A stretch of DNA of 64,000 nt from the human T2T-CHM13v2.0 reference genome, Homo sapiens. The notes beneath the pieces are model-generated. The model did no database searches, was not told the origin of the DNA, and saw only the letters and a program-made list of their open reading frames with translations. Of the stretch, positions 1 to 12,828 are shown piece after piece (the stretch's first letter is position 1; the number at the start of each line of letters is the position of its first letter). A program made the position numbers and the translations under genes. The stretch lies in the NCBI RefSeq assembly GCF_009914755.1, contig NC_060930.1; one strand, written 5' to 3'.

Positions 1-347
<347 letters not shown>

Positions 348-429
348 CCAGGGCTTTTTCAAAGTGTATTTCATAATAACAAGAATGCCTATTCATTAAA
401 GGTTTTATAAGATTTTACAGTTGACAATG

Positions 430-600
430 CTCTTTTAGAGAATACATTCTCATTGGAATTTCACAGTAACTTTTAAGATACATAGGATAGGCGTTATTAT
501 TGTTTTTTTGTACTGTGCAGATGCAGAACTTGGGTTTAGACAGAGTAAATTACTTCTCAAGATCCCAGAGGTGTAAGTAGCAAATACTTGAGTTTAGAAT
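430..600 (-). mobile_element. MIR fragment
   Basis: Degenerate MIR core (CAGATGCAGAACTTGGG...AAATTACTTCTCAAGATCCCAGAG). Confidence 0.55.
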
Positions 601-1944
601 ATTTAAAAATTCCAAAACTGCCTTAGTACTTTTAAATTTGGAAAATATTTTTATATTTATTATTTTATTTGTTCTTCAAAATGATCTGTGTGGTAATTAC
701 TGATTCCTCTCTAATCTTCGTGCCCGATGATGTGGAATTGTTGCATTATCTGCCCAGATTTATCTAGCTGGTAATGGTAGAACTGAAAATCCAACTATGT
801 TCATTGAAAAAATCAACTGTGGAAGCTGAACACAAATATTTTCTTTAATCTTTCTATATTCTTATAGGCAAATGGAATTTTAAAAATTTATTATAAATAT
901 AATAGAGATTTTTAAATGCTTTATAAATTAATTTCCCATGAAGTTAATTTTTCTCATAACATTATATATTCTAAATAACACCCAGGTATACAGTTTGAAC
1001 AATGAAGTGACAGTGGCAGGCAGTAAAATCATAAAACAATTACCTGACACATTCTGCTTTTCAGAGTATTTTCTACAATTTTCTTAAGTCAACCTGTCAT
1101 TCAGACAAGGTTTAAAAAAGTACATTTCAGCTTCCAAAATAAGGTTAAAACAACTAGAAAAACAAAACAAAACAGAGCTCTAGCACCCCTCCTTGTATGT
1201 ATAATACATATCTTGTAAATACAGAGCTGGAAATGTACATTATTTTTGACAGATAGAGCTTTCAATAGTGAGGGTTTTATTACATAAAAGACAGCAGGAA
1301 TGGTATATGCAAAAGCCGTTAAGGTCTCCCTTTTCTTCTTAAACTCAGCAGTTTGTGATTATTACTATTTGGCAAGCAGGAGTAAATTGGACCACAATTT
1401 CAACAGCCTCATAGAAGTATTCCAGGAGACAGTGTTGATAAATGAGTCCTAGAATGCCATATAATTTTCCTGCAGTTTCATTGTTTGATGACTTACTTTT
1501 CATGGATACACTCTGCCCTCAGGTTTCATGTCCTGCTGCCAAATGTGAAAGCTGTTTGTCAGAAATCAATGGGTTCAAGTGGCCCATCAAAAGCTTCTGC
1601 CTTTTTGTTGATAGGAAACACTTTGTATAGGAATCTGCTTTCTGGAGAACTCATTGCTATCCCTTTTGTATATACCTGAACCTTGTCCTGGCTATTATTA
1701 TGGTTTCCTTTGCCAGGGGATTCCCCAGTGAAGGGTGCTCTGCCTAGTACTGCTTGGGTTACTCTCAAGATGACAACCCCTCCAATACAGCAATGACTGC
1801 AAAGCTCCTAAGGACAATAGGATTCAGAGTGTCTTCTTCCACCAAAAGCTGAGCTAAATATAGCCTAAATATAGCTTTTTGTATTTTGTTCTAGGGGGTC
1901 ATTGATGTATTTACAATAAGGGATAGATAGGAAATTTTCATATA

Positions 1945-2155
1945 TTGTGAATCTATTATGTAGCAGGCACTGAGGTGCTTTCCACATGCTATCTTCTTAA
2001 ATTGTCATACGAAAACTCTCTATAAATTATGTATTATCCCCATTTTACAGATGAGCAATCTGCTACTCAAGAAAGATAGTATTTGCTGAAAGGCAAATAA
2101 CAGAGGTGGGATTTCAAATTCAGTTTTATCTTACTCCCAAGATCATGCTCTTTCT
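1945..2155 (-). mobile_element. MIR
   Basis: TATTATCCCCATTTTACAGATGAG core followed by GGGATTTCAAATTCAG. Confidence 0.75.
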
Positions 2156-2534
2156 ACTTAGCATTTGGTTAACCGGGTTTAATTTGCACTAAGACCAAAT
2201 GACAGCAAAAGAATTTCTCTTCTGATAGGCAAACTGACAAATCAAATCTATGCTTTTGAAAAGTCTGTTACTTCCCATGACTCTGTTTTTTGTTTGTTTT
2301 CTATTGGTGAGAATAGAGTACATCCAGTCAAAAGTAAGTCTGGTTAAGGTGGGATTTTGAAAGTTGGGTGGAAGTTAAGTGTCTGACTAGTTCTGTCCAC
2401 TCTTTGTCCCAAATCTCCATTGTGATAGGTAGGATCTCCTCAGTCCAGGTGTCTGTATGTGACAATAGGTTAGAAAGATTCTTGTACTTGAGGCTTTATG
2501 AAGTTGACCAAAAGACATTAAGAATGACTAAGTG

Positions 2535-2858
<324 letters not shown>

Positions 2859-3912
2859 CTACATTCATTTTTTCTGTATAGATACTGGAGGTCTTACTAG
2901 GGGGTTGTGGGATTAGTTTCCATATGTAATTGTTCTAAATGCTTTGCAACCTCACAGTTTTGAGTCTTTTGATCCCTTTGGTGGTTTATCCAGGCTTTAC
3001 TACCTGGAACTGCTGATACTTGGTTCCAGAACTCTTATTAGCAAGATCTTGGTTAGTCCTTGCATCTACAAATAGCTCAAGTTCACCTTAAGTAGAAAGC
3101 TTATCAATAGATTTCTGTGGAGACTGCGGATCCCTCCAATACACTTGTTGCTTGATTTATTTACTAGCTCTCCTCTCTTCTTGGCTTTATCTCTTACTGT
3201 TTAAGTAGGAGTTTGTTTTCTCTTTTGTTTGTTTTATTTTTGGTTAAAGCAGCAGAGAACCCAGCTCAAATTGGCTTAAAAAGTGAAAGTGATTAAAGTT
3301 TTCGTGGTATTGTGGGCTTCAGCTTTTGATCAGTGAAGAATCTGGCTCTATTTCTCTGCTATTCTTTTGGCTCTGGTTTTGCAGTTGTAGCTTTGCCCTA
3401 AGTCTGGCTTGTCCTATGGTTATAAAACGGCTGCCAGCAACTTCTGAAGTGACCCGTTTCTCCATTCAGGTTTATAGAAAAGAAAGAGAGAATTGCTTCT
3501 CAAGCCATTGAATTGAAGTTCTAAATTTTTCTCTGAAGGAATCAATCATGGATGCTTGGGGTAAATGAGATTAACCTGATTTATTCTAATCAAGGTGCAC
3601 CCCTGGAAGAGGTCAACTCTTCCAACAAATGCACGGTTTCTATACAATGAAGAGTGACAAAGACTTGTTTGGAGGTAATCAAAATGCCCACCACATTTCA
3701 CTGAACCTAAATATTAAATTTGTCTTTACTTTTTTGTTGTCTGTTTTACAACTAGCAATGGAGCAGAGAAAGTTGGAGGAAGGTTATTGGGATCTTTTTG
3801 AAGAGCAAATCACATTCTCATTGGTAACCATGATGAAAACATATTTTCTTCCTTGTGTGGGTCTGAGACAGTGTCATAAACTGCTTTCAGCAATAGTTAG
3901 TATGGTCTAACC

Positions 3913-4090
3913 GAGTGGTTCTCAATCAGTTCTAATCAGTGGCTCCTTCTCCCAGGCCAGCAGCATCAGCATCTCCTGGAAATGTTTAGAAATGCAAATA
4001 TTGAAACAGAAACTCTGGGGATGGGGCAAATCTGAGTTTTAATGAACACTGCCATTGATTCTGATCATGCTGAAGTTTAGAAACCACTGG
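3913..4090. mobile_element. MER5A (hAT-Charlie MITE)
   Basis: Termini AGTGGTTCTCAA ... TTTAGAAACCACTG and internal CCAGCAGCATCAGCATCTCCTGGAAATGTTTAGAAATGCAAA. Confidence 0.8.
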
Positions 4091-4268
4091 TTTGATGCTT
4101 ATTTGCACTATTATACTGTGGTTTACATATGGGCTTGACAGGTCCATTTACTTTCATTTACTTGCTATTTGAGATTTTGTCTGGCCAGACAACTGAGCCT
4201 CAGATAAATTATTTTCTTACTAAATTCTGGTAAATACCAATAAAACCTTGAATACAACCAACATAGGA

Positions 4269-4808
4269 CAGTCAGTTCTGCTATAATGATTTTTAAAATG
4301 GGAATTTGTTTCAATGCAATTAATATATTGGGAAACAAATTTAGCATAAGGCAAATTTTGCATTTATTTGTGCACTACTTCATCTGCTAGACCAACTAGG
4401 TGAATGTAGGAACCATACACAGCTGAGCTGAGTCTCATAGGAACACATAAAACACACACACACCTCTCAAGGACAATCAGTGGCCCAGACCCATGCACAT
4501 CTACTATTACAACTTCTTGTCCATTTCCACCACTTCACTGTTATTAATACAAGCTGCAAGTCTTCCACAAACTAACTTCAGGTGGTTTTCAAGATAAAGT
4601 GCCATATTGCTTGCAGTATTTATGTATTTTTTAATCATTTAATGAATGTAAAACTATGCTACCATTTATTAGCTGCTTCTTTTTAAAAATGTTCCACTGA
4701 CAAATGTTTTGAGTATTATGCCCCGAGGCCTATGATTTTTATTGTGTTCTTTTGCATTGCACAGAGAATTTTAGCAATCCCTATGTTGCACTAAAGCAGA
4801 ATTGAGAC
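4269..4808. mobile_element. Old Tigger-family (TcMar) non-autonomous DNA transposon, Tigger13a-like
   Basis: Terminal inverted repeats CAGTCAGTTCTGCTATAA ... CTAAAGCAGAATTGAGAC; subfamily from memory. Confidence 0.6.
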
Positions 4809-4907
4809 TAATTTGAGCAAAACTTAGCAACTTATAACTGTTACAATCCTTATTTCAGGGCAAACTTTTCATTTTATAATCATAATTATTTTGTTTCCTC
4901 TTGAGTA

Positions 4908-4928
4908 GCACACACACACACACACACA
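4908..4928. repeat. (CA)n microsatellite
   Basis: Direct reading. Confidence 0.9.
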
Positions 4929-6032
4929 AATCTAAGGTGTTCACTATCACAGAATAATAGCCTTTAAAATGTTTACCAGTTTTCATATTGATATATTTTG
5001 TTTGACTCTGTCATTCCGGGCTTTAAGTACTAAAATATATTAGTCTTTTTCAGAAAACATTCCAAGAAAAAAGTTGAATTCCTACCTAGTTTCCTCTCTC
5101 TTTGATAACCTATTGTCATAGTAATATACAAATACCTGAAAATTGCCCAGATTATTCTTTTCTTCTTGGAACACAGATTTGTTGATAAGTGCCAAAGGAT
5201 TTTTTACAAAAACATGAGAAGTTTGACATCACAGTAAGATTTAAAAGGAAAGGCTGTTTATTGTTATTATCATCATTGCTACTACTATTTCCGTTAGTAT
5301 ATATTTCTTTGTCTTATTTGTCCTTTTCCAAAAGATTTTTGTTCTTATATTTTTAATTAGCTCTTTAAAGAAATCAAGAACTGCTTGTTGATTATAGACA
5401 TCCTTATTGTATAAAGAGGGAGAAGTTCTTTGGTAATTAGCTGTGTATAGGTTCTGTTCAAACAATTGGCTCAAGTGAGGTTGTACAGAAAGAACTCTTG
5501 TATTTTCTTATTTTTCAGTATATTCTCCACTCCATCACACCTCTTTTTCCAAAGATGCAGTGCAAAGAAAGTATAATCTCTGGAGTAATTAAAGCTCAGT
5601 GAGGAAATGATATCACCTGATGGCCCTATGAAGCATTCAGCAATAAAAGGTGAGTTGCCCAAAATGCATTTACCCTGAACAGGAATACAATGAAACTACC
5701 AAGTTTTATCTTTATAATGATTCGTGGCTTATTATTTTGTTGTTTGTATATGTTCTGTTTCCCACATCAGTGTTGTCTTACATTATTATCTGTCTTAACT
5801 TAGACTCTGTTTTCTAAATTGCTCTGTGCAATTAAATGCTTTGTGATCATAATAAAAAGCATCATGATAACTTTTAGACTAGAGGTTTCCATACAAAGCT
5901 GTATCCCATGGAGAGCAGCTACTGGCACTGAACAATGGCTAGAGATACTCTACATAGGGAAGGGGCTGACAATTATTCAGTTTAAATCAATCACTTGTGC
6001 ATATATCTCGATAGAACACTAGGCTAGTTCGT

Positions 6033-6079
6033 TGTGTGTGTGTGTGTGCGTGTGTGTGTGTGCATGTGTGTGTGTGTGT
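6033..6079. repeat. Interrupted (TG)n microsatellite
   Basis: Direct reading. Confidence 0.9.
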
Positions 6080-6721
6080 ATGTATGTAATTCACTGCTTA
6101 CTCTATAACAGAGAGAATATCAATTAAATTGGGCCATATAGGAAGATCAATTAATATATTTGTTAATTGAGGAACTTTTGATGGCCTTGTTGATCCCCTA
6201 TGGTTTGATCTTTAAATCTGTAGTGTTTATTAGACTCACTACAGACTCTCTGTAAATCGTAAGACATTTACATCTATAAATGCATTTTAAAACATCAAAT
6301 TTTAAATTTTGCAGCACTAAAATGTGTCAGACAATATTCTCAATTAACTTGCATTAATATTTGCTTAGTGTCTGATAAAATGTGTAGTGTAGGACAAAAT
6401 GTCCTACATAATCAACAAAACACTCTTCCAAAATTAAACATAATATTTGTTAAGATGGTCACTGTTTTTTTAAAAAAAGAGCACTACTACACAGATCAAG
6501 CCAATGAGCCCCAGTCAGTTGACAGAAGTACATATTTGGGACTCCTTCTCTAAATTTTTTATAAAAATACCTGAAGAAGATGAATAGTCATTTGCTTTCT
6601 TATTTTAAAAGATCTGTCCCCCCAACTAACTTTTTAATCTTCTACTTGTTACCAAATACGATAAAAAGGAGAGGGGGAAAAAAGCAGACACCAGTTTCAT
6701 TCGTGAATGTAAACTTTGGTT

Positions 6722-7010
6722 TTTTGGTTTTCTTTTCTTTTTTTTTTTGAGACAGGGTCTCACTCTGTCACCTAAGCCGGAGTGCAGTGGAACGATCTCA
6801 GCTCACTCACTGCAACCTCCACCTCCCAGCTCAAGCCATCCTCTTACCTCAACCTCCCAAGTAATTGGGATTACAGGCGCAGCCACCACGCCTGGCTTTT
6901 TTTAGTAGAGAGAGGGTCCATGTTGCCCAAGCTGACCTCTAACTCCTGGGCTCAGGTGATCCACCCACCTCAGCCTCCCGAAGTGCTGGGATTACACATT
7001 GCACCTGGCT
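6722..7010 (-). mobile_element. AluJ
   Basis: GAGACAGGGTCTCACTCTGTCACC...AACTCCTGGGCTCAGGTGATCC with J-type diagnostics. Confidence 0.9.
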
Positions 7011-7144
7011 GAACTTCTGAAATGAATGAAGTGCTCCTAAATGAATGAACATCTTGAATGGCAAATTAAGTTTCAAGTGACATATAAGCCAACAAGTATT
7101 TCTAAATTTCTAAAATAAATTTCCAAATTCGAAGTCATTCTTTC

Positions 7145-8094
7145 TTTTCTTTCTTTTTTTTTTTTTTGTTGTTGTTGTTTGTTTGTTTTTTTGTGTGTGT
7201 GTTTTTGCCGGTCTGTTTTTAATCGTGGCAGCGCCTCACACACACATTCAGGGTTCAGATCTTGTTCAAAGCTGCGATGTCGACACTCTGCACATGCTCC
7301 TCAAACTTGGTGATCTCCTCCTCCAGCAAGTCTGTCCCCACTTTGTCGTCCTCCACCACACACTGAATCTGCATCTTCCGGATACCATAGCCCACGGACG
7401 CCAGCTTGGAGGCCCCGCTCACTAGCCCATCCAGCTGGATAGAGCGCACACATGCCTCCAGCTGGGTCATGTCCGTCTTATTGTCCCAAGGCTTGATGTC
7501 CAGCAGGATGGAGGACTTGGCCACCAGCGAGGGATTCTTGGCCTTCTTGGCGTACAGCCGCAGCCGCTCCTCCCGCAGCCGCCTTGCCTCCTTGTCTTCC
7601 TCCTTATTGTCGCTGCCAACAGATCAATGTCATCGTCCTCGTTATCCTCTGCTTCTTGGCCGGGGTCGTAGTAAGGGGGGCGAGGGGAGGGGCGCTCCAC
7701 TTGGCGCATGGGAGACACGTGCTGTGTCTGCGGGACTGTGGACCATGGCCAGGCGAGCTCTTCTCTCTTCTCCGGCATGTTCAGCCAGGCCTCCAGGTTG
7801 GAGACCGCCTGCTGCAGCTCCTGCACCACGCCGCGCAGGCTCTGGTTCTCCACTTCCAGGCTGGCGATCTGGAGGACGAGCTCGCTGTGGTCTTCCCTGG
7901 GGCCGAGCTCTGGCGGGAGGCGCTGGCCACAGGCCCATTCATCTGCTTGTAGAATTTCCTTTCTGTATCTTCATATTTGAATTTGTCGAGCCAGATCTTC
8001 TCATGTGCTAGGAATTTTGTAGCCATTTTTCTGACGCCTGCCAAGAATGCGGCTACCAGAAATGAGGAATCGGTAGACGCAGGACGCCTAAGGG
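7145..8094 (-). pseudogene. EEF1DP5: Processed pseudogene of EEF1D (elongation factor 1-delta); ATG at 8026, stop at 7255, several frameshifts
   Basis: Translations [18 protein letters not shown]..., [14 protein letters not shown]..., [13 protein letters not shown]...[12 protein letters not shown] match EEF1D; intronless; ATTAAA signal (~7218-7223 rc); A-tail ~7145-7200; TSD CGAAGTCATTCTTTC (7130-7144) / CGAAGTTGCTCTTTC (8095-8109). The symbol is inferred from remembered neighbouring gene order and is less certain than the pseudogene call. Confidence 0.95.
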
Positions 8095-8329
8095 CGAAGT
8101 TGCTCTTTCATAATGTACAAAACCCTTAAGTCTTCAACAGAAAGCACCTTTTTTATTTAAAAGAAAATCCTGCAGTTTGCAAATAAAAGTTTGTATTTCA
8201 GAGAGTTGGTGAGGAAATAATCCATTAAAGACTGCCTTTATAAACATAAACTGCTGGGAATAAAGTAAGATTTTTAAAAGACAATGAAAACATTCTGACA
8301 TCTCAACAGGAGTTAGCCTGATGAATCCA

Positions 8330-8475
8330 TCTCATACCAGAAGTCTTTGTTTTCTATTTCTGGCTCCTTCAGGAGCTCAAGGTTTTACCTTGGACAGGTC
8401 ATTTCATCTGTCAGAGCCTTGTTTCTCTTACATCAAAGGAAGAGGCTTGTCTGTAAAATCTTTAAAGTTCTTCTT
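8330..8475 (+). mobile_element. MIR/MIR3 fragment
   Basis: ACCTTGGACAGGTCATTTCATCTGTCAGAGCCTTGTTTCTC resembles MIR core. Confidence 0.55.
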
Positions 8476-9097
8476 TTTCTCAAATATAAAATTATCATTC
8501 AGATACTCTTGGTATAATATTTAAAAATTATTTAAATATTTAAAGAAAAATGTTTTGAATATTTTTCTATATACTGAGCTGCTATGTTGAGAAATCCCAG
8601 AGGTATTATTTCAGTGTACTATTGCTCTGATGACCAGCTACCACTGGAGAGGGGTACTATTTCTTCCTTAAAACTTGTATATTCCCCTCAAATACTGATG
8701 GAGGAAAGAGTACATGAATCTTTATAGTAAAAGATAGACAATTAGATATAATTGATCTTAATAGATCTGTAGATAATATGGACCATTATCTACATATCAT
8801 TTGTTAAATTAATGCCTTCTAGCACTCAGCTAAACTAATTGTATCGTGTGTGTGTATTTCTTAAGCAAAGTTTGTTTCATAGATCAGTGCCCCTGGGCTA
8901 GACAGGAAAATGTCAAAGCTCTTAAACCAGTCCACCAAAGTATGTCAACTAAAAGCCTCAGAACTAGTAGTATTTCTCGTTAGGTTTTCAGTTGCAGGGT
9001 AGAGAAAGAAAGCAAAATCACAAGGCAGGTATTTTTCTACAGCAGTTTGATTTAGCAAATGTTGAACAAATAAACCATTAACTAAATAAAATATTGC

Positions 9098-9119
9098 ATA
9101 TATATATATATATATATAT
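9098..9119. repeat. (AT)n microsatellite
   Basis: Direct reading. Confidence 0.9.
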
Positions 9120-10829
9120 GTATATTGTGTTTATTTTCATGTTGTCTGACATCCTGACAACTAAAGGGAAAATAATATAGAAGTATTTCTACATTATTTT
9201 GTGTCTCTGAGTTTGTGTCTCTGAGTTTCCTGGGCAAACTTTGTGTCTCTGAGTTTCCTGGGCCTGAAATAATTGGCAGGGTGAATCTGAAATGCAGACA
9301 CAGAAAGTCACCCTTGGTTTGATGCCCTTTTTTTTTTCCTTTTCATGTTTATATTTTGGTGCATTTCCCCCCGATATCAAATATTACCTTGGTACTAAAA
9401 AAATCAAGAAGGGAAAATGCAGGCAGGAGAACGAGGAGAATCACCTTGTTACTTCTCTCCCATATATGATTGGGCTCATGTGATTGGTGCATTAGACTTT
9501 GTAGTGTCATTTCACTCCTTTCTCTGTAGACATCAATACTAACAAATGAACTGCAAAATCCTAAAGTGTGAGGATAAACACCAATTATTTATGTATGCAC
9601 ATCATTTGTATGGATTTCTAACTATTGATCTTCAGGTAAATGTCTAGACAGAAGTAGATTTAAATGTATAGGTAGTTGTGCTATATTTTTACATTTATAG
9701 TAATTAACATCTAGAAAAGCAAGAAGGAAGAGACAAAATATCAGTTATTATTTTGCCTACTTGCCTCTGCAAAAAAGAAGAAATAAAAGGATTGCCTTCT
9801 ATCTACCTGAGACAGACATTTAAACTATAGTGAATTCAGAATCTTTAGGCATTCTCCTCAAAGTTTCCTTCAGTGAAAATTGATTTGAATCAAAAATTTA
9901 TGTTAAAAAAAATGGCAGGGCCAATGTTCCTAGCAGAGTTATCTGAATGATTTGCTAGGTCAAGCAATCGGTCAACTATTTTCCTCTAGATCATAGGATT
10001 AGCATATCAGGCCAGATACTTATCCTGTGCAATGTTGAGCACAGTTATTTTTGGAATCTAAGAGATCATATGATTTGACACTCCTAAAGGAGACCTTCTA
10101 AGACTTTACTTCCAAAAAACTGACTGGATATTATAGTAAAATATAATTCCTATACTAAAATACAGCTGTAAAAACCAAAATGCAGCTTGAATACATTTAG
10201 AGGGAGTCTTCAGTGCTTTGTCCATTAGATAAAAAGATTGCAAATTAAAAGTACTCAAAAATTGCAGTTGACATTCAGAAACTCATTAGCTTCTTTCTTT
10301 CCCAAAATCACCATAGCAATTAGTCTACACTTTAATTGGTCAAAATTATTCATCATTAAAACACTGATTTCTAAAAGACCATTTTTTTTCCCCTCTGTCT
10401 TGGACTTAAATTTTTTAGGAATTTAAATCTTCTTTCTCTACCAGTTTCTGAAATGATTAAGCACATTTGCATTTTATCTGTCTAGAGAAGATATTCCTTC
10501 CCTTGAACTCTCTCATTCTGGCCTCTTCTGCTTGGTCAACTGTCTGTGGAAATTCTGTGCTGATCATCTATAGATTACATGCTAATCTATATTTCCTAAG
10601 AAAAATAGGAAAAATATGTACACAGGGTTCAGTTTACATTTAGAAATCTCAGGATCTTCTGTCAATTCTTACCCAATTTTCATGATAATCCCTACATTTT
10701 TTTCTTAATTTAACTTATCCAGTTTAAGATGTTGCTTCCTTATTAAAATATTTATCACCTTAAAATTGTCCACTACAATTTAATATATAGAAGCTTTTAT
10801 ATTCCTTCCTTCCTTCCTTCACATGTCCA

Positions 10830-11380
10830 GTCAATTAGTCATTTATTCATTCAGTATCTTCCAGTGCCAGCACTGTGCTAGAAACATGGAATGAAAAGAG
10901 GAAAGAGGTGTGTTCTATGATCTAAAAATGTTCCTAAAGGTCAGGTAAACAAATAAGTGCATTTAAATGTTAAGAGAACAAAGACAAGAGAATATGCAGG
11001 ACATGCCGGAGGCCCAATGGAAGGTAGGAATTTTCCCATCTGGGAGGCAGGTGGTGAACCAGAAGGTTTATAGGTGAAGACGATGCTTGAACTGTGTTCA
11101 CAGGTGCTTTTTGCCAGATAGTCTAACAGATTAAGGTGCTCTCCCTATAGAGGGAGAACCAGAGGGCTGGAAACTGAAGGATGAATTCAGGGAAAATGAC
11201 AAGTAGTGCAGTCTGGCTAAAGCAGAAAGGCATATCAGTGGGGCAGGGACCAGTTAATGGATAATAACAAGACAGAGAGTTTGGATTTCAAACCACAAAA
11301 TATGGTCAAGGGAAAAATCAGCAGAGTTAAGCCAGAACAATAATATGATATATATTTTTTCATTTAGACAGAATGCACTG
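10830..11380 (-). mobile_element. L2 3' fragment
   Basis: TTCATTCAG...GTGCCAGCACTGTGCTAG start followed by degenerate purine-rich L2 body. Confidence 0.55.
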
Positions 11381-11529
11381 GATATTTAAAGAAATAGAAA
11401 TAAAACATTTCAGAATCTAGCTTTTGCTTCTCATTGACAAAGTCTTTACTAAGATGGAATAAAAATGGAAGCATGGAACAGAGAGAGAGAAGTTGTATTT
11501 CTTCATGGGATGACAAGAAGGGTAGATGA

Positions 11530-11630
11530 GGCTCGCCCAAGTACAGTGATGTTTACACCTAATTGATCACAACCAGTTACAGATTTCTTAGTTCTTTCTC
11601 TACTCCCATTGCTTCACTTGACTAGACTTA
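11530..11630 (+). pseudogene. Y3 RNA (RNY3) retro-pseudogene
   Basis: Near full-length match to Y3 (TGTTTACACCTAATTGATCACAACCAGTTACAGATTTCTT...GCTTCACTTGACTAG); A-rich tail to ~11654; TSD AAGGGTAGAT / AAGGGTGGAT. Confidence 0.93.
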
Positions 11631-11771
11631 GAAATGAAAAAAAGAAAAGAAAAAGGGTGGATTATAGAGCTTAAGATCTGTGCTTTGGTCCCCATATTTC
11701 CAATCCTTGTCACCAATGCTTGGTAAATATGTGGGTATATAAAAAATTATATTTAATTAATTAATTAACTA

Positions 11772-12828
<1,057 letters not shown>

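Noticed and set aside
7406-8011. 201-aa plus-strand ORF and other overlapping ORFs
   Set aside because: Antisense or alternative frames of the GC-rich EEF1D pseudogene; no independent coding evidence.
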